A DNA stretch of 64,000 nt from Diplonema japonicum (Eukaryota > Protista > Euglenozoa: Diplonemea). The translations under genes and the position numbers were made by a program. The stretch spans positions 62,001-126,000 of the forward strand of contig OZ025679.1 of the NCBI GenBank assembly GCA_964019335.1, in the 5' to 3' direction. Positions 32,128 to 43,900 of the stretch are shown in pieces (position 1 is the stretch's first letter; each line of letters starts with the position of its first letter). The notes below the pieces were generated by a model. That model searched no databases, was not told the DNA's origin, and saw only the letters and a program-made list of their open reading frames with translations.

Positions 32128-34584
32128 ATGTCCAGTTGCATCTTCCCGCCAGTACGGGAGAAGGGTCCGAGGAGAAGGGGAAAACACTCGTTAACATTGA
32201 TCCGGCAAGAAGAAGAAGAAGAAGTCCCCTTACGGCAGCCAAAGATCGAACAGCCAACCGAAGCACAGCCCGTGAAGAGGGAACGAGCACGGTCTGAAGT
32301 GTACACAGAAAAACAGCAACAAATAGCTGAAGATGCCTACAACTTGTTCATGTCAGCCCGGCAATTAGTTGAGCCCACCGCAAACATTTCGCTCCTCCTC
32401 CTCCTCGACAACACCTTGCTATGGAGCGCCGAAGGCGAAGGCCTTGCCAGTGAAACCCCGATCAAGAAACGTTCATTTTCTTCTAGCCCTAGAATCCCTG
32501 TACCGCCTGTGTCACCAGCACCTCCCGATGACGAACCGTCAACAATACGAATCCGTGCCAGCAAGGCGTACAGGAACATCTCCAACCACTATAAGAAAGA
32601 GCTCAAAATCCTCAAGGAACAGCTAGAACTTCTCAAAGCACAAAACATGGACCTCACAGAAGGCGGTAGCAAATACGCCCTGATGCAGAAAGAAGCCGTG
32701 TGGCTTGTCGCAGCAATGGAGGAGTCACAAACGAAGATCAGAGATTTGGTGGAACTAGTTGGAAAGTGCAGCGAGAAAATAAATGAGCTGCAGAAAGAGA
32801 ACATCCAGAAGGGGGAGCAGCTGACGGTGCCGCAAAAAGTGGATTGGAACGTCGTGCACAAGGTGTTCACCGAGTTTGTAATCGCGAACCGAACGGATGA
32901 GAGCATCTTGAAAGAGATCTGCAACAGGATCGCAACAGTGAAAACACTGAACGTTGACCTCAGCCTCCGGACAGAGAGGCTACGTGAGGCAGTTACGGTA
33001 TCTGAGTCGTTATTAGAGCAGAACGAGATGGAATATGCCAACACATGCATGGAAAACCAAAAGCTGCGAAACGAGAGAGATAAGTACAAGGAAGAGCTCG
33101 AGCAACTGCACACAGACGTGCAGTCTAAAAAAGAGGTCGATGAGATGATGCTGAAGAGAGTGAAAGATCTGGAAGCAGAAAAGATAAAACTGACTGATAC
33201 CGTTCTGTCCCTGCAGGCCGGGATGGCAAAGGTGCTTTCACATCACAAGACGTACTTTGTGGGACAGGGCAAACACAAAAACGTGCCTGTCTATCTACGA
33301 TACACGGGAAAGATCCACAACATTCACGTGGACAAAGGAACACTGGAAAAGGTCATCAATGATGTGTGGACCATCAGGGAGAACGAGTGGATGAACAAAA
33401 AAGTAGGATCGGAGCTGACTCAACAACAACTGCGAAGAGTCAGCAGGGCGAAGCCATCACTGTCAGGTAAGGCAAAAGAAGCTATGAAAGTGAGAATTAT
33501 CAACCTGGGCGTGATGGAACCGTCGTGGGTGGACACAGCTAAGAAGGACTACAACAATGTCGAACCAGCTGCCCAAGCAGCGAAGAACTTCCAAGAGTTC
33601 TTTCATTGGTATCTGACAGACAGGTATAAGACTACTGCAGAGTGGGCCTACGGACTGATGGACAGCTGCGAGCGGTACAAGTACGATGCTGATGTGGAGC
33701 TGTTCCAATCAGTGGTGACGTGTGAGTTGCCTGAGGATGGGTACTACGACCAAGTAGTCATGCTTGAGAAGTTCAAGTACTGCCTGTTGGAAGCAGATGC
33801 TCAGATATCTATGCAGAACACCTCCCTCTGCTGGGTTCGGGCTGTTGCAAAACATGTTCAAGACATCCCCAAGACGGCACGAAAGGTCCGCGAGGACGAG
33901 TTCCCTCACCTCCCGGAGTTCTACACCTCCGGTATCCTGAAAGGCAGCAATGTCGTGAAGTTGTTGCATTCCTTTTTTCCCTCCAAGTCGGACGACGACA
34001 TGAAGCGCCTCAAGATAGCCCTTTACGAGTCCGTCTTCCTGATTTCAGGCGGCAGCAACAAAGGGACCACGGAGCAAGAACGCCTCCAGAACCTAAGCTT
34101 GCAGGAAGTACCGTATAAAAGCCTGTTTACAAGCGATTCTAAGGGGAACCAGGGGCAATTCTTGGAGACGCTTCGAGATCAACACATTGAAGATCTAAAG
34201 TTGCACATCGCAGAGCTACTGCAAGCCATCACACAAGCGGACGGTGTGGAGTGCACAAGGGGTCATGTGATGCTGCGTGTCGTTCTGTTCAACGTGCTGT
34301 GCATCGACAAGAAGCCCATGCCGGACCTCTTCGCGTGGTTGAACACCATAATCAAGGAACCGAAAGCCGTTCAGAATTGCACGTTCACGATACACGATTA
34401 CCCTTCGGAGGCGATGCCCATAGCACTTTTAATTGAGCAAACACGAATCACCATCTGCAAGAGGTTTTGTAACACCCCTACGTCCTTGCAGGACATCCCC
34501 TTGATTGCCGAAGAGCTAGGCATCTCAGAGAACAGTAACACCGTCAAACGGGCGCTTCAAGCTGCCTACAGAAAAGCGTTTTAA
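32128..34584 (+). CDS. TSNAXIP1-like coiled-coil protein (probably flagellar)
   Basis: Long coiled coil followed by G.G...NVP.YLRY.GKI.N, AEWAYGL...RYKYDADVELF and LPEDGYYDQ motifs, recalled from TSNAXIP1-type proteins. Confidence 0.7.
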   Translation: MSSCIFPPVREKGPRRRGKHSLTLIRQEEEEEVPLRQPKIEQPTEAQPVKRERARSEVYTEKQQQIAEDAYNLFMSARQLVEPTANISLLLLLDNTLLWSAEGEGLASETPIKKRSFSSSPRIPVPPVSPAPPDDEPSTIRIRASKAYRNISNHYKKELKILKEQLELLKAQNMDLTEGGSKYALMQKEAVWLVAAMEESQTKIRDLVELVGKCSEKINELQKENIQKGEQLTVPQKVDWNVVHKVFTEFVIANRTDESILKEICNRIATVKTLNVDLSLRTERLREAVTVSESLLEQNEMEYANTCMENQKLRNERDKYKEELEQLHTDVQSKKEVDEMMLKRVKDLEAEKIKLTDTVLSLQAGMAKVLSHHKTYFVGQGKHKNVPVYLRYTGKIHNIHVDKGTLEKVINDVWTIRENEWMNKKVGSELTQQQLRRVSRAKPSLSGKAKEAMKVRIINLGVMEPSWVDTAKKDYNNVEPAAQAAKNFQEFFHWYLTDRYKTTAEWAYGLMDSCERYKYDADVELFQSVVTCELPEDGYYDQVVMLEKFKYCLLEADAQISMQNTSLCWVRAVAKHVQDIPKTARKVREDEFPHLPEFYTSGILKGSNVVKLLHSFFPSKSDDDMKRLKIALYESVFLISGGSNKGTTEQERLQNLSLQEVPYKSLFTSDSKGNQGQFLETLRDQHIEDLKLHIAELLQAITQADGVECTRGHVMLRVVLFNVLCIDKKPMPDLFAWLNTIIKEPKAVQNCTFTIHDYPSEAMPIALLIEQTRITICKRFCNTPTSLQDIPLIAEELGISENSNTVKRALQAAYRKAF

Positions 34585-34678
34585 GCCGTCCCTTGTTTCC
34601 ACAAGGCGTCAGCTGTCGACAGTATCCACCTCCGCATGCCTACAGTTTATACCTTTACTAAACTTACCAGCAGGCACG

Positions 34679-35839
34679 ATGATTGGCTCTCACGGGAATG
34701 GGAAGAAGTCTGCTCGGAAGGAGGCTGAGAACAGCAAAACTGCGGAGGTGCCCAACGGAAGCCCTCCCCCTCCTAGAAAGAAGTTCTCAAAAACATACCT
34801 GAAGAACGTGAAGCCTGTGCCGCATGTGAGCAGTTTCAAGGACAGAATGACTGCCCAGAAGGCGTTGGAGAAGACGCTGGGGGCGATGCGTGGGAGACAC
34901 CACCAAGAAGTGATGACAGCGAGAGCGGCACCCCCTTCCATGCAGTGTGAGGAGAGGGGTAGAAGAATGGGTGAGAGAGACAGGGGACAGGAAATGTTGA
35001 CCCACAGGAGCAGGTGTTCTCCAAGGAGATCGTTGAGCATGGAGAGACCTATTCGTGTAGCGTCATTGTCACCGCCGCCTGGTGTGTCGTTGGTGCGAGT
35101 GGAAGAGCCGGAGTTGCCGAAACAACCTGAGGAGCATAGTGAACCCACTGAAGCGGAGGTCCTCTGCAGCAATGGGTTCAAGCCCTGTCCACCCTTCGAG
35201 GCCAAGCAAGCTTTGAACGCTTCCGACTACAAAATCATCGTTAAACAAGAGCCGTACCTGCTGTCGTACGTAGCACGCGAGGCGGCCTACGCGGCTGCAG
35301 CTAACGCAAGGAAGTACAAGCACCCTAATATCCTACACAGCACGATGGGGTACTACCATGGTGACGAGACGGCTATTAGGTACGAATGGTGCGACGGCTG
35401 CAGTGTGGGTACCATTGTGAAGGCAAAGCTCGAGGTCTCCGAGGAGAGCGCTTTGTGCATCCTTCGAGGCGCACTGAAGGCTCTTAGGTACTTGCATTCC
35501 AAAGGAGTCTGCCATGGTCAGTTGAATCTTGATAACATGTACCTCATGAGTGATCTCAGGATCACAGTGGGCGGGCTAACCAAACTGCTCCCCTGCACAC
35601 CAGAGAACGTTGCAGTCGACATGCAAGCGGTGTTTTCAATATTAAGCATCTTGACCCCAACCTCGCAGTCGCTCCATAACCAGCTGGGGGCTGCCACTCC
35701 TGCGGCCCTTCTTGCATCACCTAGTATGTCGGCCATTGTAGGTGACACATCCCTCAAACCCATTCTTGTGGCTGTCCACCTCGCTCTTAAGAATGCTGAT
35801 CCTGCGGTGCCATTCGAGGACACCTTTAAAAGAAACTAG
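34679..35839 (+). CDS. Protein with C-terminal pseudokinase domain
   Basis: HPNIL, YEWCDG.S and ALRYLHSKGVCH motifs, but HRD is replaced by HGQ and DFG by GGL. Confidence 0.8.
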   Translation: MIGSHGNGKKSARKEAENSKTAEVPNGSPPPPRKKFSKTYLKNVKPVPHVSSFKDRMTAQKALEKTLGAMRGRHHQEVMTARAAPPSMQCEERGRRMGERDRGQEMLTHRSRCSPRRSLSMERPIRVASLSPPPGVSLVRVEEPELPKQPEEHSEPTEAEVLCSNGFKPCPPFEAKQALNASDYKIIVKQEPYLLSYVAREAAYAAAANARKYKHPNILHSTMGYYHGDETAIRYEWCDGCSVGTIVKAKLEVSEESALCILRGALKALRYLHSKGVCHGQLNLDNMYLMSDLRITVGGLTKLLPCTPENVAVDMQAVFSILSILTPTSQSLHNQLGAATPAALLASPSMSAIVGDTSLKPILVAVHLALKNADPAVPFEDTFKRN

Positions 35840-36058
35840 GGGGGGTTTTTTTCTCTCTTTCTCTTTCCTTCTCTATTCCTCCACAATTTCTTTTTTTCCT
35901 ATTTCTTTTTGGTTCTTCTTCTTTAGTTGTATATCTTCCTCTTTATTAATTGAGTCTTCCTTTCTTTTTAACACCCATTCCTCCCCCCTCTTGTTCCCTG
36001 GCTCGCTAGCTGTTCCCTGACCTACTTTTGCGCAACTACCTCAAGGACTTTGATCACA

Positions 36059-37648
36059 ATGATGCAGCGGACCATGATGATGCTCGGCCTGGTGGGGCTT
36101 GCCAGTGCCATCCACCCCTTCGAGGTTCAGATGAACGAGAAGAGGATCCAACGCGAGATGTACTGGAAGAACAGGCACGGTGTGAAGAGCTCCTCGGAGC
36201 TTGGTCTCGGCCCTGCTCCGCAGTTCTTCACGCAATTCCAGGACCACTTCGACGGTACCAACACTAAGACTTGGCAGCAGGCTTACTACATGAATGCTAC
36301 CTACTTCAAGCCCGGGAGCGACGCACCTGTCTTCATTTGTGTTGGTGGTGAGGGCCCCCCCCTGGACGGCTCCGTGGTCGTCTCCTCCGAGCACTGCAAC
36401 GTCGCTGTTGAGTGGCTTAAGGAAACCGGTGCCATCATGTTCGCTGTCGAGCACAGGTACTATGGGTGCCACAACATTTCAGCGTGCCCTGTGCCCGAGC
36501 CTGCTCTCCCCGGCGCACTCAAGTATCTGTCCTCGAGGCAGGCACTTGGTGACCTTGCTGAGTTCAGGGCCTTTGCCACCAAGCAGTATGGTCTCACCAA
36601 CAACAAGTGGGTGTCCTTCGGTGGGTCCTACCCTGGCATGCTCGCCGGGTGGTTCCGCCTGAAGTTCCCCCACCTCGTCCACGCATCCATCGCCTCGAGC
36701 GCCCCCGTGCAAGCACAGGTTGACATGAGGGGCTACAACGACGTCACTGCCGAGGCCTATTCCGTGTCCGACAACGGTGTGGGCGGATCTCCTGCGTGCA
36801 CTGCCAACATCGCCGACGGACACAAGGTCATCGGCCAGATGTTCAACACCACCCAGGGCAGGACAGAGCTCGCCCAGTTGTTCGGGCACACCGCCGACTG
36901 GTACCAAAGCCCCAGCAACCAGGCCGCCTTCGCGGGCAATGGTGTGGCCCAGTTCCCTTCCCAGTCCAACGACCCCGCGTGCACCCAGTCAGGCTGCAAC
37001 ATCGGCAAGATCTGCGTTATCATGACTGACAGCACGCTGGGCAACAACGTGCAGAAGCTGGCGCACCTGAGGAAGAACCAGCTGATGTACATGGAGGACA
37101 AGATGGTGAAGGCACCTGATTCCGTTGTGAACTACTGGGGCTACCAGACCTGCACTGAGTTCGCCTTCTACCAGACTTGCGAGGTCGGGTCCAAGTGCTT
37201 CTACACCCAGGGCTACGTCACTGTGGCCTCTATGATTGAGTTCTGCCACGTTGAGTTCGGGATCTCCACTGCGACTGTCCAGAGGAACGTGGACTACACC
37301 AACGAGTACTACGGTGGCAACAAGCCTGCCGGGAGCTGTGTGTTGTACCCTAACGGTGAGGTGGACCCCTGGCACTCTCTGTCGGTGCTGAAGTCGCCTT
37401 CTGCTGGCATCCCTGTCCTGATGGTGCCTGGTGCTTCCCACCACGCCTGGACGCACCCCAGCCTCCCATCCGACCAGGTATTCTTATAAACCAACTGCCA
37501 CCACACACAGGCGTCCGTTGTCCAGGCCCGCCAGACCATCCGCAACTACGTCACCAAGTTCCTCAATGAGGTATGCTAAAGGGGCTGGAGGAAAGAGACA
37601 AAAAAATAAAATAAAAAAACCCAGACATGTGAGCAGCCGACTATCTGA
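36059..37648 (+). CDS. Serine carboxypeptidase family S28 (PRSS16/PRCP-like); introns 37478-37510 and 37571-37624
   Basis: Signal peptide; Q..DHF, GGEG, EHRYYG, SSRQALGDLA, FGGSYPG, YQTCTEF, NGEVDPWH and GASHH. Splicing restores SDQ|ASVVQARQTI...FLNE|TCEQPTI*. Confidence 0.94.
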
Positions 37649-37834
37649 ACGCTTCGATCTTTCCAAAATGTGAGCTGATGTTGGTTACTTCCCATCCCCT
37701 TCCCTTTGTGCCACTTGGGACTACCATCGAGGCGTCCCACCAAAAGAGTGAACGTTATGTAATCAACGGCGTGCCCGTTTGTCTTCGTCGCCCCCACCTG
37801 CATTTGGTGTTTATCCTCACTACAGGTAATTGCA

Positions 37835-39044
37835 ATGGACGCGAAGCTCACGGAATTGGAGAAGAAGGTGGACGAGTTGGAATGGGCGCAGGACAACACC
37901 TTCGGAACGGAAAAAGAGAAGGTCATTGCACAGAAGGTTAGCGAGATCCTGAGAATGCTTCCCCAGATGGAGGAGGCGGAGAGCCCTCTGGCAAAGGCCA
38001 GAATGCTGAGTATTAAGGGACGGGTGCTGTGCGTGGAGGGAACGGACGCGAAGGAAGGTGTTGCTTTGCTGAGCAAGGCCGTGAAGATGAACCCGAAGTG
38101 TGCGATGTCCTGGAACGCATTGGGCCACCTGCACTGGTCTGAGGGGAACCTGAAGCCCGCACTCGACTCGTACGAAGGTTCACTGGAAGCAGACACCGAC
38201 AACCTGAACGCCCTGCGATCCTCAGCACTAGTACTGCGCTCCATTGGCGGCAAGGACAACATCGAAGCTGCAGTAGCCCGTTCCAAGAAGGCCCTCGCGG
38301 CAGGGCTCACCGATGCGCAGTCCTGGTACACTCACGGCATGGTCCACCTCACGAAGTACTTCAAAGCAACCTTCGACCAGAACGACCTCCGCGCTGCAAT
38401 GAAAGCCTTCAACCTCGCCGAGAAGAACGGCGCCGGCCACCCTGACATCAACATGAACAGGGGACAGTGCCAAAGGTACATGCTCCTATGGGAAGAGTCG
38501 CTTCTCTCTCTTAAGGCAGCCATTGCTGCTGACCCGGAGTTCAAAGAGGCCGAGGCCACGTTGGGAGAAATGACGCTATTCTTCGAGAAGCTTACAGGGA
38601 AGTGGGACACATACGCAGGGTTCAACGAGAAGACGCTTACAAAGCTTATCAAGTCGCTTCCCACTGCACCGGGGAAGAAGTCGATCCGTGGCAACACAGT
38701 CGAGATCATGCCACTGTCGGAGTTAACAAAGCCGGAGGGGTGTGTCACGGAGAAGAAATGTGTGGCGCTCAGGATCCTAGAGCTCGTAGACGACTCAAGC
38801 ATGCCTCTTGTGTACTTGGCATGTGGTATGTGAAGTTTTTTTTTTCTTCTTCTTTTGTATTAAATTTTCTTTTAGACGCAAACCGCACTCGCTGCCTTGT
38901 CTGTGCCTACGGTGTTGACAAAAAGGCAATCTCGTCTGGTAATGAGATTGTCTACGGCAACCCTGCTTACTACAACCGAATCGTGCCTATTAAGGCAGAG
39001 TGGCCCTGCCTCATGCTCGTTGTTGACAGGATGTCGGTATGCAC

Positions 39045-39077
<33 letters not shown>

Positions 39078-39172
39078 TAAATTTCACACAGGCCGTCACC
39101 ATCGGGGGGAGGCTCCTTGAAAAGACACAGTGGTCCACCATGGAACTCAACGTCACGAGAAAGGCAAATTAA
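37835..39172 (+). CDS. TTC5: TTC5-like TPR + OB-fold protein; introns 38826-38875 and 39037-39091
   Basis: LLSKAVKMNP...WNALG, SWYTHG..L..YF and HPDINMNR TPR motifs. Both GTATG...AG introns restore one frame: ACDANRT... and DRMS|AVTIGGR. Confidence 0.8.
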
Positions 39173-39630
39173 GAAGGAAGAAAAAAAAAAATCGTCACCT
39201 AGCATTTACGACATCACCCCCCCCCCCCCCCCCCCCCTCCCTAGATTAGTCGCGTTTAGAAGGAAGAAGGAGAATCCTCGTTGTCGCTATTTTCTTTTTT
39301 TTACGTCCCATATATGTAAAGCACGTCAAGTTGGGCCCTTCCATTAGATGCTTGAGGGTTTTTCTTTTTTTATTGAAATTATCGGCATTTTTTTTTTATT
39401 CATTCTTCTTCCGGAATTTGCTTCAGCCCCGGGAAAGCACGATGCTTTCAACATGTCGGCCTTTTCTTTTTGTAGCCCCTTAGAACCCTTCCCCGTTGGC
39501 TTGACGTGTTTCAGATATTTGGTGCGAAAATTTCAACTATTTCTCCCACCCTCCCCTCCCTTCTTCTTTTTTTTTTTTCATTGTACCCAAACACAGACGA
39601 AAGAGAACTAAAAAAAACAAATAAAATGGA

Positions 39631-40836
39631 ATGAATCGAGCCGTTCTATGCTCCATCGCAGCGAGGGGCAGGAGGTTCAACCAGGTGTGGATGGTGAAAC
39701 CACATAAACTTGAGGTGTGGCGTGACAAGGTTAACCGTAGACTGAAAGAGGACCTAACAAAGCCAGTGACACACAGAAAGAGGGAAAAAGAAGCCAGGGA
39801 AGAGAAAGAGGGGTGGCCGTGGAACGACGGACACATGGCAGACCACGCTGCAAAACTGATTCGAAAGGAGGTGCTTGGATACGGTGTTCGGAAGACTCAC
39901 GCAAAGATAACAGAGCTCCTCGTCGAGCTCAAGCGTCTAGAGCGCTTAGGTTGCACAATGGGTCCCAAAACCTTCAATGTCTTAGTAAAACATGCATTCG
40001 GGCAGCACGATCTCGTCACCATGAAGGTCTTGTGGGAAGACATTGCAGCAAGGGGCCTCCCAGTTAGCCAGTTCGTGTGGGGCAAGATCCTTTTTTTCCA
40101 CGTGACAATGAGAGACATTGGCGCCTTGAAGACGGCATGGAAGACCTACCTGCGCATCGATGGGAACAGGGAAGCCTTGCTGGGGACCTACATCAATGCG
40201 TTGGCCAAGGCGGGGTGCAGGGAGGAGGCGTTCTCTTTGTTCCGTGGGATCGTCGGCCCGTCGAAGGGGAACTACCACGCAGTTCTGCCAGCTTGTTCTT
40301 CGTACCAGGAGGCAAAGGAGCTTATCGGCGAGATGGAGAATACAGTGGGGACAGACCTCAAGACGTATACTGAGTTGATCGAACTACTGGCAAAACTGAA
40401 GAATCCTCAAATGGCACAAAAGGTATTCGATAAGGTTACAAAGGTCATCGAGCCCGACTCCTTGTGCAGAGACGCCCTATTGCGTGCCTACGCCGACTCT
40501 GCTGACCTTCCTGGGCTCCTCAGTGCTATTAAGATTTTCGAGGCTCGCTCTACCACAACATCACGGACGCCCATTTTCATCGTCACCACGTGCACGGCTT
40601 GTCTTGACCTGCCGGACCCTGACGTTCCTTACCTCCGTAGTCTTGTCCATGCCACTTACCACAACTACCGCTACAAGTGCAAACACAAGGACCAGTTCCG
40701 CCTCATCGCCTTTACTCACCGTTTCTACCATAAGCTTAGCCCCGATGAAGGTACCACCTTTAAGCGTGCTGCGAAGCTAGAAATGGACAACCGCGACAGG
40801 CACTCGTACACCAAACGGACAGGCTACACTTTGTGA
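39631..40836 (+). CDS. Pentatricopeptide-repeat (PPR) protein, probably mitochondrial
   Basis: Arg-rich N-terminus; ~35-aa repeats TFNVLVK, TYINALAKAG.EEAFSLF, TYTELIELLAK and DALLRAYA. Confidence 0.8.
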   Translation: MNRAVLCSIAARGRRFNQVWMVKPHKLEVWRDKVNRRLKEDLTKPVTHRKREKEAREEKEGWPWNDGHMADHAAKLIRKEVLGYGVRKTHAKITELLVELKRLERLGCTMGPKTFNVLVKHAFGQHDLVTMKVLWEDIAARGLPVSQFVWGKILFFHVTMRDIGALKTAWKTYLRIDGNREALLGTYINALAKAGCREEAFSLFRGIVGPSKGNYHAVLPACSSYQEAKELIGEMENTVGTDLKTYTELIELLAKLKNPQMAQKVFDKVTKVIEPDSLCRDALLRAYADSADLPGLLSAIKIFEARSTTTSRTPIFIVTTCTACLDLPDPDVPYLRSLVHATYHNYRYKCKHKDQFRLIAFTHRFYHKLSPDEGTTFKRAAKLEMDNRDRHSYTKRTGYTL

Positions 40837-40913
40837 CTTTCGTATCAGTAGTTTCGGTAGTATTTATCTCAACATTTTACAGACATTTCATTTTGCAACA
40901 CTCCAGGTCACCC

Positions 40914-43900
40914 ATGCAGCATGGATTGGGAAGGAGGTATCGGTCTGCCGCTGTGACCGTGGTTCTCGTGTCTCTGTGCGTTGGGTGCTCGGGGGACTGC
41001 AGCAAGTGGGAGGACCCTAAGAACAGCGGGCCGTACCCACTCTGGCACTACTGCAAGCGGCGAGCGGGATCCGGGGAGACGCTGTACCCTTACATGGAGG
41101 CTTCGCTGCGACCCGCGGAGGTGGCGCCGTACGACTGCAGGGCGGAGGGGAGGGTGCTTCGGCACGACGCGGCGGGGATCATCTGTGCGGACTACACGCT
41201 CGGGGACGAGTACGGGGGCCCTTGCACGACGGCGCAGTGCTGCGCGGAGGGGCTGTGCTCGAGCTATGTTTGCAAGGGAGGGGGTCAGCTGAAGGCGAAG
41301 GCGGGGGAGATCTCGTGCGCGTACTTTCCCTGCAACGACCACTTGTGCTGCGAGGGGCCATCCGGGTCGCCGAAGGAGGAGGCGAGGGGGCTCGTGTTCG
41401 TGGATCGGGACCCCGGGCGGTTCTCCTTCGGGGGCAAGGGGACCCTCCTGCGGGCAGCGGACGAGGCGGACATCACGCACTACCGGATCTACTGGGGGTT
41501 CGCGAAGACTGTTCGGAAGGTTCCGTCTTGCGGGTTGAAGAACCCAATTTCGTGGGAGCAGCACAAGTGGACGGACGAGAAGCGGCTGTTCCTGGAGCTC
41601 CCGGTGACTGGGTGCGACATCGACTTCGAGGTGCCGATGGGGACGGTGCCGTGGGAGCGGTGCCCTATCGCAACGGATCGGAAGGACAAGACGACGTCGG
41701 CGAACGACCCGTGCAACCCGCACTACCTGGTGGCGGTGTCGGTGAATGGGAAGGGGGAGCGATCCTTCGACGGGCAGGCGCAGCAGATCGGGCCACGGCA
41801 CCCGATCTCCGACTACGAGGGGGAGTTCGGGCTTCCGTGTGCGGAGGGAGGGGTGACCTACGGGCACGACCTCCCGGGACCGGACGACGTGATCTTGGGG
41901 AGCTGGAACGGGGTGGAGTCGGCGGCGCGGTGTGCGGAGCTGTGTCGAGGCTACTCGTCGAAGTCGAAGGGTCCTTGTCGGTACTGGGTGTGGGGGTACC
42001 CGACAGGGGGCCACACGGCGAAGTCGTGCTGGATGGAGACGCAGCTCCTTCAGAAGGCGCACTACGGGGTGCGGGTGGCGGGACCGGCGGTGTGCCCGAC
42101 GCGGGACGGGGAACGACCGACGGGGAGGGAGCGACCGCGGTGCGACCGCTGGGTCCGGATCCCGAACACCGCCGCTTGGAAGAACCCGGACACGACAGCG
42201 GGGCGGAACGCCTTCTTCGACAAGGGCGGGGCCTTCATGCAGAAGCCGAACCTCCCGGACGTCCCACTCGGACCCTACGACAACGCGGAGGAGTGCCAGG
42301 CCATGTGCGACATGGACCCGCTGTGCGTCGGCTTCACCTGGATGAAGCGCGACCCGACCGACACCTACTTCCACAAGTGTTTCTTGATCCGGGTGGACGA
42401 CGGGACGCGAGCCTCCACCGACTTCTACGACCTGTGGCTCTGCTCCAGGGAGGGGATGGCCCCGCTCCTCTCCGGATACGAGCTCCTCTCCCACCCCTTC
42501 GGCTACAAGACCTGCGGGGAGGGACCCCCCTCATCGTCCGAGGCAGCCTCCGACCACGACTGCTGCGCTCAAAAGTGCAACGACAACAAACCCTCCTGCG
42601 CCGCCTTCACCTTTCGACACACCGACAAGATCTGCGAGCTCCACTCCGCCTGCAGCGACGCCTCCCTCCGCTCCCACGACAAGGTCGAGGGCTGTGCCTA
42701 CGAGTCTTGCTTCCAAGGCTACGGGCTCGCGACCTACAGGCGGCTCGTCCCCACCATGCAGATCGTCGACAGGTGGCCTGTGGTCGGGGGGCAAGGGGGG
42801 GTCCCCGCCTTTGTCCAGACCACCCACATCCCTGAAGGGACCGACGTTCACTGTGTCATCAACGAAAAAGGAAAAAGCATCCCCTCTTCTGCGGCAAATA
42901 TGCTCGCCGTCCGACACTTCACAGGGAAGGTCTCCGCCTCTGACGGGGTCGCCAGCATGGTCCTCACACACGTCACAGACACAGAGTCCGTGAAGGCTGC
43001 GGAGAGCTACGTCATGCGCTGCGCCGCCGATGACATGGCTGGTTTCGGTCTCCCCGCCTACGTCGAGCACAGCTTTGAGTCAGAGGTGCCATTCGGCTTC
43101 GTGGAGATCAGGGCCCGGAACGGGGACACTGGGTACTGCAGGGGTCCGAACAACTGTTTGAATGGATACGTCGCCGACACAAAGAAGAAGCCTTACTCCC
43201 TCGAGGCCTGCAGGAAGATTAGTTACGGTGATTCCAAGTCTATTGCTTTCCTTTACAGAGCTCATGACGGGCACTGTGGGATCGTCACACCGAAGAAGGG
43301 GTGTACGTACATGACTACTGTTCAAGCTGACGATAAAGTGAGGTGCTACAACAAGCAGTGGGACACGGTGCACTCGATTGGGAAAGGGGAATGCACTGCA
43401 GAATGTCCTGGGACCTGCAGCTGGAAGAGACAGTTCGGAGCCTATGAACGCAACATTTTCTCACCAACACGTGCTGCACCTTGTTCGCAAATAGAAGTAC
43501 CTACAACTTCACCAAAGACATCAGCCCCTGAAACCCCTGCACCTGATACAACAGCTCCCGAGACGAAGCCACCAGCCACGAGAGCTCCTGAGACCGTGGC
43601 ACCTGACACAAGGTCTCCGGACACAAGATCCCCTGAGACACCAGCACCCGACACTAAACCCCCTGAGACCACTGCTCCAGAGACAGCAGCACCTCGAACA
43701 AGTGAGCCTACAGCAGAGCCAACCAGAAGCCCGGAAACCACTGCTCCAGAGACAGCTGCTCCTCTTACACCGGCTCCTAGAACAAGCGAGCCAACTGCAG
43801 AGCCAACCGGAAGCCCCTTGACGGCACAGCCAACAACGGAACCGACCACAGAGCAGACGACTGCTCCTCGAACGGAGGCTCCGGACACTGAAGCGCCGGA

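Noticed and set aside
40908-42835. 528-592 aa antisense ORFs and 537-aa alternative-frame ORFs over the surface-protein heads (also at 47.6-49.7 kb and 60.3-62.3 kb)
   Set aside because: Shadow frames of GC-rich coding sequence; Arg/Gly/Pro-rich with no motifs, and they recur only because the gene is duplicated.
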